From contig OY969811.1 in the NCBI GenBank assembly GCA_963703315.1, positions 3,488,001-3,552,000 of the forward strand: a stretch of 64,000 nucleotides of DNA, written 5' to 3'. Source of the stretch: an uncultured cyanobacterium. GTDB taxonomy: Bacteria > Cyanobacteriota > Cyanobacteriia > Pseudanabaenales > Pseudanabaenaceae. This document shows, piece after piece, positions 26,515 through 35,385 of this stretch. The notes beneath the pieces are model-generated. The model saw only the letters and a list, made by a program, of their open reading frames with translations. It was not told where the DNA came from and ran no database searches. How positions within the stretch are numbered: the stretch's first letter is position 1; each line of letters opens with the position of its first letter. Position numbers and translations under genes: made by a program.

Positions 26515-26604
26515 TAGGACTTACGCAGAATTTTCTAAGACTCTCACCCGTTCTGAGAGAAGGGGTTGGGGGATGAGGGCAATTTAGATTTTGCGTAAGT
26601 CCTA
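26515..26604. mobile_element. 90-bp MITE-like element with TAGGACTTACGCA terminal inverted repeats
   Basis: TAGGACTTACGCA...TGCGTAAGTCCTA; interior carries GAGAAGGGGTTGGGGGATGAGGG. Confidence 0.8.
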
Positions 26605-28356
26605 TAACTGCTTGATCACTAAGAGCGTAATATCGTCGTATACCTTATGATTTCCAACATGAGCATAAAAACTATCTAAAATCACTTGACGGATGGCTAA
26701 AGCTGAGCGATCGCGGTGAGCAATCACAACTTCACAGAGGCGTTCCACTCCATAATATTTACCATCATCATTGATTGCTTCGGTTACACCATCAGTATAG
26801 AGAACTAGCAAGTCACCGACTGCCAAATCTAAAAATGCTTCATTGATCCATAGGGAAATATCCGACTCTAAACCAATTGGAAAACCTAAATCAGAGGTGT
26901 CCAGACGTTCTAATCGACCGTCAGCCCTTACCAAAATCACATCTTCATGTTGTCCTGTGATCTTGACTTTACCATCGGCATAATCTAGCAAAGTCAGCGT
27001 CAGATTGCGATCAACCTGCATCCGTTGAATGTTGCCATAGAGCGCTAGATTAATCGTATTTAAAAAGTGAATGGGATTGACTTCATCGTGGGCAAGCAAT
27101 GTGCGTACTGCCATCTGCACCATTATCATTAACATTCCACTTTCTAAGCCATGCCCCGTGACATCGCCAATGCCAATTTTGACTCTGCCATTTTGTTGTA
27201 ATACATCATAGTAGTCACCACCAACTTCCGCCGCAGGTTCCATAAATCCCGCAATATCTAGAAATGGAATTGCTTGCAGTTCTTGATCTTGAGGCAAAAG
27301 CATTTGCTGCAATCGGCGCGTAATGTCTACCTCTGCTTGGCTCTGAGCAAGTTTAACTTCGCTTTCTCTAAGAGCAATTTCCGCTTGATGACGTTCTTCT
27401 TCAACTCGCTTCCGTTCGACAATCTCATTCTGAAGACTTTGCACCGCAATTTCTAGATCATGAGTGGCTTGGGCGATCGCAATTCGCAGACGTTCTGGCT
27501 CACTGACAAGAATAAACATTAATCCTGCGGCTAACAAACTGAGAATAGTGCCGACGAGCCAAATCCACAGAATCAAGCTAGTTTGCTGCCATCCATTTTG
27601 TGGCAAAGCGGCTAATTGCCAAGATCCTGTGGGCAAACTAACTGATAGCAGGATCGGATCTTGGCTAAACAAGCTAGCATCACCCCAAAAGGTTTCTCCC
27701 TTTTCACCCAATCCATCTCTACCACGAATTGCGAGATTTAATCCCTGTAATTGATCCAGCCCTGCTTGGTTATAGACTGCTTCCGTATCTACTAAAATAC
27801 TTGCCTGTCCCCAATATTTTTCGACCTTTGCACCTGTCTGCAAGTCTGTATTGGTGATAAAAATAGGGGTACGATTAATAAAAGCAACTCCACCCTGTAC
27901 GAGATTGACAGGACCAGCAATTATAGACTGGCGATCGCGAATAGACCTCTGTACTGCTTCTTTTTGCAGTGGTGTCGCCTCAAGATTAATGCCGATCGCC
28001 TTCTCATTACCTGTATATGGATATATGTGAGAAATCACAGAATCCCTTGCCAAATCCAGACTACGAATCCCTGCTTTTCTAGTGGCGATATTCTTGGCAT
28101 ATTCAGTAAACTCCGCTTGAGATAGGTCAGGATGCATGACTGTATAGGCAACTAGAGCATCAGTTAGTAACAGCGATGAATTAATCGCTCCTTCTAGTTT
28201 GGCGCGAATTGTACTGAGTTGATTGAGGACATTTGCTTTTGACGCTGATTGCTGTCGCTGATATTCTAAATTTGCCAAGAAATATGTGGATAATCCTCCC
28301 GTAATTACTACAGCGATCGCTACTAAATTGGCTTTAATATAATGCTTTCTAGCCAT
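26602..28356 (-). CDS. CHASE-domain membrane sensor fused to a PP2C/SpoIIE phosphatase
   Basis: Two TM helices around a CHASE-like region (AGPVNLVQGG); VGGDYYD, GDVTGHG, LYTDGVTEA and DDIT PP2C motifs. Start taken at ATG 28356. Confidence 0.9.
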   Translation of the reverse strand: MARKHYIKANLVAIAVVITGGLSTYFLANLEYQRQQSASKANVLNQLSTIRAKLEGAINSSLLLTDALVAYTVMHPDLSQAEFTEYAKNIATRKAGIRSLDLARDSVISHIYPYTGNEKAIGINLEATPLQKEAVQRSIRDRQSIIAGPVNLVQGGVAFINRTPIFITNTDLQTGAKVEKYWGQASILVDTEAVYNQAGLDQLQGLNLAIRGRDGLGEKGETFWGDASLFSQDPILLSVSLPTGSWQLAALPQNGWQQTSLILWIWLVGTILSLLAAGLMFILVSEPERLRIAIAQATHDLEIAVQSLQNEIVERKRVEEERHQAEIALRESEVKLAQSQAEVDITRRLQQMLLPQDQELQAIPFLDIAGFMEPAAEVGGDYYDVLQQNGRVKIGIGDVTGHGLESGMLMIMVQMAVRTLLAHDEVNPIHFLNTINLALYGNIQRMQVDRNLTLTLLDYADGKVKITGQHEDVILVRADGRLERLDTSDLGFPIGLESDISLWINEAFLDLAVGDLLVLYTDGVTEAINDDGKYYGVERLCEVVIAHRDRSALAIRQVILDSFYAHVGNHKVYDDITLLVIKQL

Positions 28357-28360
28357 AAAC

Positions 28361-28936
28361 TCAATTCTCAAAATTGACTCGTTTATACAAGTCTTTTAGA
28401 CTAATCTCAAAGCTCACGTACTCAAGTTTAAGCACGGCATCTTCTCCTAAGTATTCAGTTAATATCCATCTACCATCTTGCTGCTTGATGTACTGTTCTA
28501 CGCAATAGCTATTTTGATAAATCAAGATATATTCTTTAAATGATGGAATAGAGCGATATAGTTTGAACTTGTCAGCGCGATCGTAGTTTTGGGTAGAATT
28601 AGATAAAATTTCGACAATCAGCAATGGATTAGTAATTGAAGTTTGTTTCTCATCTGTAAAAATCGACTCTCCTTCAACTACGATTACATCAGGATAGGTA
28701 TAACGCTTATGGTCTGGTATCCATAAACGCATATCACTCATAAAAGTGTCGTACTCCTGTCCATCAATTGATAAAGGGAATAAACGACAAAAATTAAGAG
28801 CGATTTTGTTGTGATTTGCGCTTGCTCCTGCCATAGGAATAATTTCTCCATCCACAAATTCACTTTTAAATTCGGCTTTTGCTTCTAGCTCTAGGTATTC
28901 GGCTACAGTGTAGCGCTTGGTTGTTGCAAGTACCAT
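28361..28936 (-). CDS. Uma2-family endonuclease
   Basis: EFVDGEIIPMAG, YPDVIV, VEILSNST..YDR..KF..Y. Confidence 0.92.
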   Translation of the reverse strand: MVLATTKRYTVAEYLELEAKAEFKSEFVDGEIIPMAGASANHNKIALNFCRLFPLSIDGQEYDTFMSDMRLWIPDHKRYTYPDVIVVEGESIFTDEKQTSITNPLLIVEILSNSTQNYDRADKFKLYRSIPSFKEYILIYQNSYCVEQYIKQQDGRWILTEYLGEDAVLKLEYVSFEISLKDLYKRVNFEN

Positions 28937-29007
28937 CGGTGATTAGCCTCTCAACTTTGTGATGATTATATCTTAACTAAATGAAGCGGCACGGAGTAAC
29001 ACTTCAT

Positions 29008-30819
29008 TTAGTTTTTATTAAAGTTCCGATCGCAGTTTTCGATTACCTGATTCCAAATCGCAAAATGTAGCTCTTTGTTACGTTGGCGATCGCTTCTTAT
29101 TTCTAATACTTGAGTGCCTTTTGTTTGCAGAGAACTAGTTAATGATTCATGGAATTGTTGCCAATCTTGAATCAGAATATGTTCGCAATTATAAGCCTTA
29201 ATAATTGGTGCAAAGTCTATACCGTGCGATGTACCGAAAAACTCCTCAAAGGTATGCTCAAACTTAGAGATTGGCAATAAATTAAAAATACCGCCACCAT
29301 CATTATTTAAGAGAATAATCGTCAGAGAAATATTGTATTTTTTAGCGGCAAGTAATCCATTCAAATCATGATAAAAAGCTAAATCACCACAAATGAGAAC
29401 CATTGATTGTTTACCTGAGCGATCGCATCCCCACGCTGCACCGAGCGCACTGGATATTGTGCCATCAATGCCATTTGCGCCACGATTGGCTAAAACTGTA
29501 ATCGGGCGATCGCTATGGAAGAAAGTATCTAAATCGCGAATTGGCGTACTGCTTGCTACATAGATATAGCTATCTTTAGGGAGAAGTTGCGCGAGTTCTG
29601 CATAGACTTTTCCATCAAATAATTCATCGATTTTGGCGAGAGCTTCCGTAATGGTATGTTCAGCAACACTTTCTGCTAGTTCAAAATCTAAGCGCCATTG
29701 TTTATCTTGCCAAACAGGTTGAGCATAGTTCTCTAAATAATTGGCTAGTTGTTCGCAAAAACTAACAGAATAAACATTCAGAGCCTGTGTAATTCCATGC
29801 GTAGGATCGCTATTAGTGCTACCGACAACGATTTGCTGACAGCCGATATGTCTCTCTAGCCAAAGCATATAGCTTTTGGAAGTTGGCATTGCACCGAAGC
29901 GAATCACGATTTCAGGTGCATGGGTTTTACAGAAATTGGGCGATCGCAAAAAGCTATCGTAATGACTAATTTCATCGTGACGATGTGCGCCTGTAGCTTC
30001 AATCAGTAATGGATAGCCTGTGGCTCTGGCTAATCTTTTTACTGAGGCTAAAAACTCAGGTGGTGCGTCATAGACGCCGACGACGATCGCGCCTTTAGGA
30101 TGGCTAATAATTTGATTGGCAATGGCGGCGATCGCATTAGTATCTAGTAAGCGCATTCCTGCAATAATTTGACTGTAGGCGGCTCCCGATGGATTTCCAA
30201 ACATTGCCTCTGGACTACTGAGTTCTAAATCCTCTGGGACATCATTGAGAACGGGAATCGGTGGCATCGGATCAGCAAAAGGGAAGTTAAGATGAACTGC
30301 CCCTGCGGGTGTATCGCTTTTACCGACTGCAATACTGACAGTACGACTGATGAGCGATCGCAAATAGCGCAGTCGAAAGCCAATAATTTCTGGAGTTCCC
30401 ACTTCAAAGAAATAGCGAACGTGTTTTCCATAGATATTGATCTGATCAATGGTCTGTCCAGAGCCACAATCGCGCATCTCTGGTGGGCGATCGGCAGTCA
30501 AGACCACTAAGGGAATACGACTATAATAAGCTTCAATAATCGCAGGATAATAATTGGCGGCAGCAGTTCCTGATGTGCAGAGCAGGGCTACAGGAGCCAT
30601 CTGCACCTTCGCTAAACCAAGAGCAAAAAAGCTACTCGATCGCTCGTCAATATGTACCAAAATCTGAAAGTCTGGATAGCGATCGCGCAATTTCGCAAAA
30701 GCAATCACAAGGGGCGTTGAGCGCGAACCGGGAGAAATACAAACAGTGCGTACTCCAGAGCGATAGAGTTCTTCAGCGACAATGCTTGCCCAGAGTGTAT
30801 TGCGATTGGCGGTATTCAT
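29008..30819 (-). CDS. menD: SEPHCHC synthase (phylloquinone/menaquinone biosynthesis)
   Basis: SPGSRSTPL, DERSS, CTSGTA, TADRP, NRGANGIDG, GDLAFYHD, NNDGGGIF. Confidence 0.96.
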   Translation of the reverse strand: MNTANRNTLWASIVAEELYRSGVRTVCISPGSRSTPLVIAFAKLRDRYPDFQILVHIDERSSSFFALGLAKVQMAPVALLCTSGTAAANYYPAIIEAYYSRIPLVVLTADRPPEMRDCGSGQTIDQINIYGKHVRYFFEVGTPEIIGFRLRYLRSLISRTVSIAVGKSDTPAGAVHLNFPFADPMPPIPVLNDVPEDLELSSPEAMFGNPSGAAYSQIIAGMRLLDTNAIAAIANQIISHPKGAIVVGVYDAPPEFLASVKRLARATGYPLLIEATGAHRHDEISHYDSFLRSPNFCKTHAPEIVIRFGAMPTSKSYMLWLERHIGCQQIVVGSTNSDPTHGITQALNVYSVSFCEQLANYLENYAQPVWQDKQWRLDFELAESVAEHTITEALAKIDELFDGKVYAELAQLLPKDSYIYVASSTPIRDLDTFFHSDRPITVLANRGANGIDGTISSALGAAWGCDRSGKQSMVLICGDLAFYHDLNGLLAAKKYNISLTIILLNNDGGGIFNLLPISKFEHTFEEFFGTSHGIDFAPIIKAYNCEHILIQDWQQFHESLTSSLQTKGTQVLEIRSDRQRNKELHFAIWNQVIENCDRNFNKN

Positions 30820-31430
30820 CGGATTTCAGTTCCATTAGCACTAAAGTGGATGCTGTAGCCAAGTTCCGTTAACATTTGTCGCAAGATTGGTAAGCTCAGC
30901 CCCAACACATTGGTATGACATCCTTCGATTTTATCGATTAACAAGCCCCCTAGCTTCTCTAAGGTAAAACATCCTGCACAACACAGAGGCTCACCAGAGT
31001 CTACATAGCCATCAATTTCCGCATCAGTCACTTCAGAAAAATGGACTTTAGTAACTCCATAGCGCATGACCGATCGCTGATTTTTGGCATCAATTAAGCA
31101 ATGCCCTGTATAGAGTTCGCAATAGTTACCACGCATCTTTTGCCATGTCGCGATCGCTACTTCCTTAGTTTCAGGCTTGCCATACACCAGCCCATTCAAA
31201 TACATAATCGAATCGCAACCGATTACCAGTGCATTCTGTCCTGCAAATTCCGCAGCCACTGCTTTCGCTTTACATTGCGCCAAGGTCAGCACTAGGGAAG
31301 TAGGATCACTAACTTGAATCGCATCCTCATCGAAATGACTGACTTTGATAATTGGGTTGAAGCCAGCATTTTCTAAAATATTTTTGCGAGTCGGAGAAGC
31401 GGAAGCAAGTACAAAAATGGGATTTGTCAT
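30816..31430 (-). CDS. maf: Maf-family nucleoside triphosphate pyrophosphatase
   Basis: FVLASASPTR, LAQCKA, IGCDS, YGKP, NVLGL. Start taken at ATG 31430. Confidence 0.92.
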   Translation of the reverse strand: MTNPIFVLASASPTRKNILENAGFNPIIKVSHFDEDAIQVSDPTSLVLTLAQCKAKAVAAEFAGQNALVIGCDSIMYLNGLVYGKPETKEVAIATWQKMRGNYCELYTGHCLIDAKNQRSVMRYGVTKVHFSEVTDAEIDGYVDSGEPLCCAGCFTLEKLGGLLIDKIEGCHTNVLGLSLPILRQMLTELGYSIHFSANGTEIR

Positions 31431-31523
31431 GAGAATGTTATGAGCGAGATTTAGAATTTGTGTCACTAAATGACCGCATTTTCTACTTTGGTTAAGGTAC
31501 AAACTATAGCAGAAAGTCCTCTT

Positions 31524-31605
31524 GTACAGCGCTTTACGCTGAATTGAAACCCAGAGAAATTTTTGAAAGCGCGGCGAAGCCGCGCTTTCAAAAATTTCTC
31601 TGTAC
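31524..31605. repeat. REP/MITE-like element with GTACAG/CTGTAC ends and a long hairpin
   Basis: CAGAGAAATTTTTGAAAGCGCGGC-GAA-GCCGCGCTTTCAAAAATTTCTCTG perfect stem, preceded by AAACC. Confidence 0.75.
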
Positions 31606-31643
31606 TACTTATTTCAAGCCTCAACAATCTCTGGGTTTCTGAT

Positions 31644-32156
31644 TCAAAGAATCTTGCCTATAATCACGAGACTCTGCTCAATGCCATCTAGTTCGGCAAT
31701 TTGCGGTAGAAATCCCCATTGCTCAAAGCCAAAACTTTTAAATAGGCTCAAACTAGCAGGATTGTGAGCAAAGACAAAGCCGATGAGTTTCGAGATATTG
31801 AGTTGAGAACAGCTAGCGATCGCATGATCTAGTAACTTCTTGCCGATACCTTTACCTTGATATTCAGGGGCAATGTAAATACTGACTTCGGCAGTTTTGT
31901 GATAAGCGGGGCGACCGTAAAACATTTGTAAACTCAGCCAGCCAATGATTTGTTCATTTTGATCACTTTGGATATCATGCCCTCCGATTGTCATTACCCA
32001 GACGGGATAGCGATCGCCATGCGATCGCAACCAAGCCCGACGGCTCTCGACCGAAATCGGTTCGAGGTCAGCAGTAGCTAGGCGGCTAGGAATCGCCGCA
32101 TTATAAATTTCCACAATTGCTGGTAAATCTGCCTCTACTGCCAACCGAATTTGCAT
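31644..32156 (-). CDS. GNAT N-acetyltransferase (phosphinothricin acetyltransferase-like)
   Basis: IYNAAI..RLATAD, AEVSIYI, QGKGIGKKLL, NPASLSLF. Confidence 0.9.
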   Translation of the reverse strand: MQIRLAVEADLPAIVEIYNAAIPSRLATADLEPISVESRRAWLRSHGDRYPVWVMTIGGHDIQSDQNEQIIGWLSLQMFYGRPAYHKTAEVSIYIAPEYQGKGIGKKLLDHAIASCSQLNISKLIGFVFAHNPASLSLFKSFGFEQWGFLPQIAELDGIEQSLVIIGKIL

Positions 32157-32167
32157 ACTCTCTTCCC

Positions 32168-32281
32168 AGTCAATAATTGTTGGTGCGGGGCTTCGCCCCG
32201 CACCAACAATTATTGACTTTACTACAAATTATAACTATCAAAAGAGAGTGGTGACGCATAGCCTCACTACTCTCTTTTGAT
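32168..32281. repeat. Two REP-like palindromes
   Basis: AGTCAATAATTGTTGGTGCGGGGC-TTC-GCCCCGCACCAACAATTATTGACT (32168-32218) and ATCAAAAGAGAGTGGTGA...TCACTACTCTCTTTTGAT (32237-32281). Confidence 0.78.
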
Positions 32282-32432
32282 TAGGACTTACGCAATAGCC
32301 CTGTAATAAATTACGGGCTGAAAGCTTAAACCCGTTGAAACGGGTTGATCGGAGGTCGCTTTTTAGTCCGCTTTAGCTGACTTTAGCTTTGAGCCAAGAA
32401 CTTTAGTTCTTGGTTGGTTTGCGTAAGTCCTA
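32282..32432. mobile_element. 151-bp MITE-like element with TAGGACTTACGCA TIRs carrying a four-hairpin cassette
   Basis: Same TIRs as 26515-26604; interior homologous (inverted) to 40057-40169. Confidence 0.8.
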
Positions 32433-32533
32433 TTGATATCAGCCATATAGCTAAAAGTCTCATGAGATGCAAAGCATAGCTGAGACTTTTTCAAGTATTG
32501 ATATATGATTGAGAGAATACTTATCTGCTAGTT

Positions 32534-33334
32534 ATGGAATTATTTGCTGGGTTACTCACGACAGTTCTAGGGATAGCGGGCGCACCAGGAATCGCGATTG
32601 ATAAAATTGCTACAGATTTCTTGCGTGGTCAGATTGTGCGAGCAGATGTCCTAGAGGTACGAGTTGATAATGCTCCTAACTATCAGGTTCTCTTAGGAAA
32701 TGTCGATCGCATCCGTGTTGCAGGTCGTGGCGTGTATGTTTTAGAGTTTCTCCGAATTGATGAAGTTGATCTGGAAACTGATCCGATCAGCATTGATCCA
32801 AATGTGTTGCAATCGGGCAAGGTGGTTTTGCGTCGTCCGTTACAGGCTGCGGTAAGAGTGATCATGCGTTCCGAAGATATCAATACCGCCTTGCGATCGC
32901 CAAATGTACAACCTTCTTTTAAAAATCTGAGTATTGATATTAGTGGTTCTAGTCAAAGTAAGCCCGAAATATTTGATCTAGTCAATCCAGAGGTAACTTT
33001 TTTAGCAGGCGATCGCCTCCGTCTTTCGGCATCGCTTCAGTCCCAACCAACACCACTAAAGCCTCAGCCTAACAAGCTAAATGTATCAGTGAATGCAGAA
33101 TTGAAGACTGTCGGTGGGACAAGACTGCAAATTGTCAATCCAAAAATTGAATTGGAAGGAACTCCTGTCCCCGATCGCATTGCCAAAGCTTTTGCTGATG
33201 GCTTGAATAAGGTTTTAGATTTGCGTCAACTAGAAAGTAGAGGCGTGACGGCGCGAGTCTTAAAACTGGAACTTACTGAGGGGAAAATGCAAATGATCGG
33301 TTTTGCGAAAATGGACTCCCTTCCAGAAAACTAG
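32534..33334 (+). CDS. DUF2993 (LmeA-like) domain protein
   Basis: N-terminal hydrophobic segment; LEVRVDNAPNYQVLLG; IDEVDLETDPI; EDINTALRSP. Confidence 0.8.
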   Translation: MELFAGLLTTVLGIAGAPGIAIDKIATDFLRGQIVRADVLEVRVDNAPNYQVLLGNVDRIRVAGRGVYVLEFLRIDEVDLETDPISIDPNVLQSGKVVLRRPLQAAVRVIMRSEDINTALRSPNVQPSFKNLSIDISGSSQSKPEIFDLVNPEVTFLAGDRLRLSASLQSQPTPLKPQPNKLNVSVNAELKTVGGTRLQIVNPKIELEGTPVPDRIAKAFADGLNKVLDLRQLESRGVTARVLKLELTEGKMQMIGFAKMDSLPEN

Positions 33335-33342
33335 TTGAGATT

Positions 33343-35232
33343 ATGAGTCAGTGCCTAAATCCTAGCTGCAACTATCAAAATCCAGAGCAATCTCCAAAGT
33401 TGAACTTCTGTCAACAATGCGGCTCTAAATTAAAAATAGGCGATCGCTATCGAGCTATTCGGATTCTCGGACAGGGCGGATTTGGCAAAACTTTCATTGG
33501 CATTGACGAAGCTCTTCCGTCTTGTCCTACCTGTGTCATTAAACAATTTTTTCCCGCCGATCTTGGCAGTGTTGATAAAGCAGCAGAGCTATTTCAACAG
33601 GAAGCGATTCGACTGGATGATTTAGGGAAACATCCGCAAATACCGACATTATTTGCCCATCTTGAGCATGAGGGTAAACAATATCTAGTCCAAGAATTTA
33701 TAGATGGACAGGATCTGCTGAAGGAACTCCGAGAACAAGGGGCTTTTAGTGAAGCGAAGATTAGGCTGTTGTTGTCAGATTTATTGCCAATTTTGCAATT
33801 TATTCACGATCGCAATGTCATCCACCGTGATATCAAACCTGAAAATATTATTCGCCGCCGATTTCCCAGTGGATCGGGATCTGTGGCGGCGGGTAGTCAT
33901 GTATTAGTCGATTTTGGTGCAGCAAAATTTGTGACGGCTACAGCGATGATGGAGACAGGAACCAGAATTGGTAGCGCTGTTTATGTTGCCCCAGAACAGG
34001 TCAGAGGGAAGGCAATCTTTGCGAGTGATCTCTATAGTCTCGGTGTGACCTGTATTCATCTGCTCACAAATGTTTCACCCTTTGAACTAATGGATATGGA
34101 TGGAACTTGGATCTGGCGTAATTTTTTAGGCAATGGTTCTATTAGTCCCGTTTTGGGGCAAATTCTCGATCGCCTGATTGCATCGGCTCCAAGTCAGCGC
34201 TATCCGACTGCTCAAGTAGTTTTAAATGATCTAAAAAATCTCAATTCGCCTTCCCATCAATCCTATAAGCCCAGCTTTCAAAGAGCAGGTTATGGAAAAT
34301 CAACTGCGAAAACCCAGATTACACCAATCACTCAGCCTACGCCTAAATTGCTCCCCGCGATCGCCCCTCAACTATCACAGTTTTCCTTTGAGATGGCGAC
34401 AGTAACCGTTAATCGGATTGGGATTGGCAAGTTTGCCAAGACTCAATTGCAAATTAATACAAAACAAAAGATCGGACGTTGCTATTGCGAGACTCTAGGT
34501 AATATTCAAGGTAAACCGATTAGTTTAGAGTTGGTTTATATTCCCGCAGGCAAGTTCACAATTGGTTCTCCCATTAGTGAAAGCGATCGCAGTAACGAAG
34601 AGAGTCCGCGTCATATTGTGAATGTACCGTCCTTCTTTATGTCACGATTTCCGATTACCCAAAAGCAATGGAAAGTCCTAATGGATAATAATCCTGCGAT
34701 TTTTATTGGTAACGGCGATCGCCCTGTGGAAAATGTATCGTGGGACGATATCCAACTTTTTTGTAAAACCTTAATTGCCCGCACTGGTAGACCTTACCGT
34801 TTACCGAGTGAAACCGAATGGGAATATGCCTGTCGCGCAGGAACCCTGACTCCTTTTTGCTTTGGCGAAACGATCGCTGCTAATTTAGCTAACTACAACG
34901 GCGCAAGTCCTTATCAATATGCGCCTCAAGGTATCAGTAATTCCTGTACTACTGAAGTGGGTAGCTATCCTGCTAATGCCTTTGGGTTGCATGATATGCA
35001 TGGCAATGTCTGGGAATGGTGTGAAGATGTTTGGCATGATGATTATGATCTCTTGCCCAAGGACGGCACTGCATGGACGCAAGGGGGCGATCGCAGTTGT
35101 CGGGTCGTGCGTGGTGGTTCATGGCGCGATCCTGCCCATTATTGTCGCTCTGCGAAGCGTTATCAAAATGCTGCTAACCAAGGCGATCGCACCACAGGTT
35201 TTCGTGTTGCCGTTACTTTCGCAGTCAAATAA
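33343..35232 (+). CDS. Ser/Thr protein kinase with N-terminal 4-Cys motif and C-terminal FGE-sulfatase (SUMF1/CLec-fold) domain
   Basis: GQGGFGKT, HRDIKPEN, DFG, APE; RLPSETEWEYACRAG, NAFGLHDMHGNVWEWC, RGGSW...GFRV. Confidence 0.93.
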   Translation: MSQCLNPSCNYQNPEQSPKLNFCQQCGSKLKIGDRYRAIRILGQGGFGKTFIGIDEALPSCPTCVIKQFFPADLGSVDKAAELFQQEAIRLDDLGKHPQIPTLFAHLEHEGKQYLVQEFIDGQDLLKELREQGAFSEAKIRLLLSDLLPILQFIHDRNVIHRDIKPENIIRRRFPSGSGSVAAGSHVLVDFGAAKFVTATAMMETGTRIGSAVYVAPEQVRGKAIFASDLYSLGVTCIHLLTNVSPFELMDMDGTWIWRNFLGNGSISPVLGQILDRLIASAPSQRYPTAQVVLNDLKNLNSPSHQSYKPSFQRAGYGKSTAKTQITPITQPTPKLLPAIAPQLSQFSFEMATVTVNRIGIGKFAKTQLQINTKQKIGRCYCETLGNIQGKPISLELVYIPAGKFTIGSPISESDRSNEESPRHIVNVPSFFMSRFPITQKQWKVLMDNNPAIFIGNGDRPVENVSWDDIQLFCKTLIARTGRPYRLPSETEWEYACRAGTLTPFCFGETIAANLANYNGASPYQYAPQGISNSCTTEVGSYPANAFGLHDMHGNVWEWCEDVWHDDYDLLPKDGTAWTQGGDRSCRVVRGGSWRDPAHYCRSAKRYQNAANQGDRTTGFRVAVTFAVK

Positions 35233-35370
35233 AACCCCAAAGCCTGTGGCGCACGCGGAGCGTGCGCCACAGGCTTTGGGGTTTTATATTTATAGCTGTC
35301 GCCAGTCTTGGACATAAACCCAAAAAGTGAGTGGCGGCGCTTCGCGCCGCCACTCACTTTTTGGGTTTTA
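35229..35370. repeat. Two long REP-like palindromes between convergent genes (probable terminators)
   Basis: ATAAAACCCCAAAGCCTGTGGCGCACGC-GGA-GCGTGCGCCACAGGCTTTGGGGTTTTAT and AAACCCAAAAAGTGAGTGGCGGCGC-TTC-GCGCCGCCACTCACTTTTTGGGTTT. Confidence 0.85.
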
Positions 35371-35385
35371 TATTTAATTGCGTAC

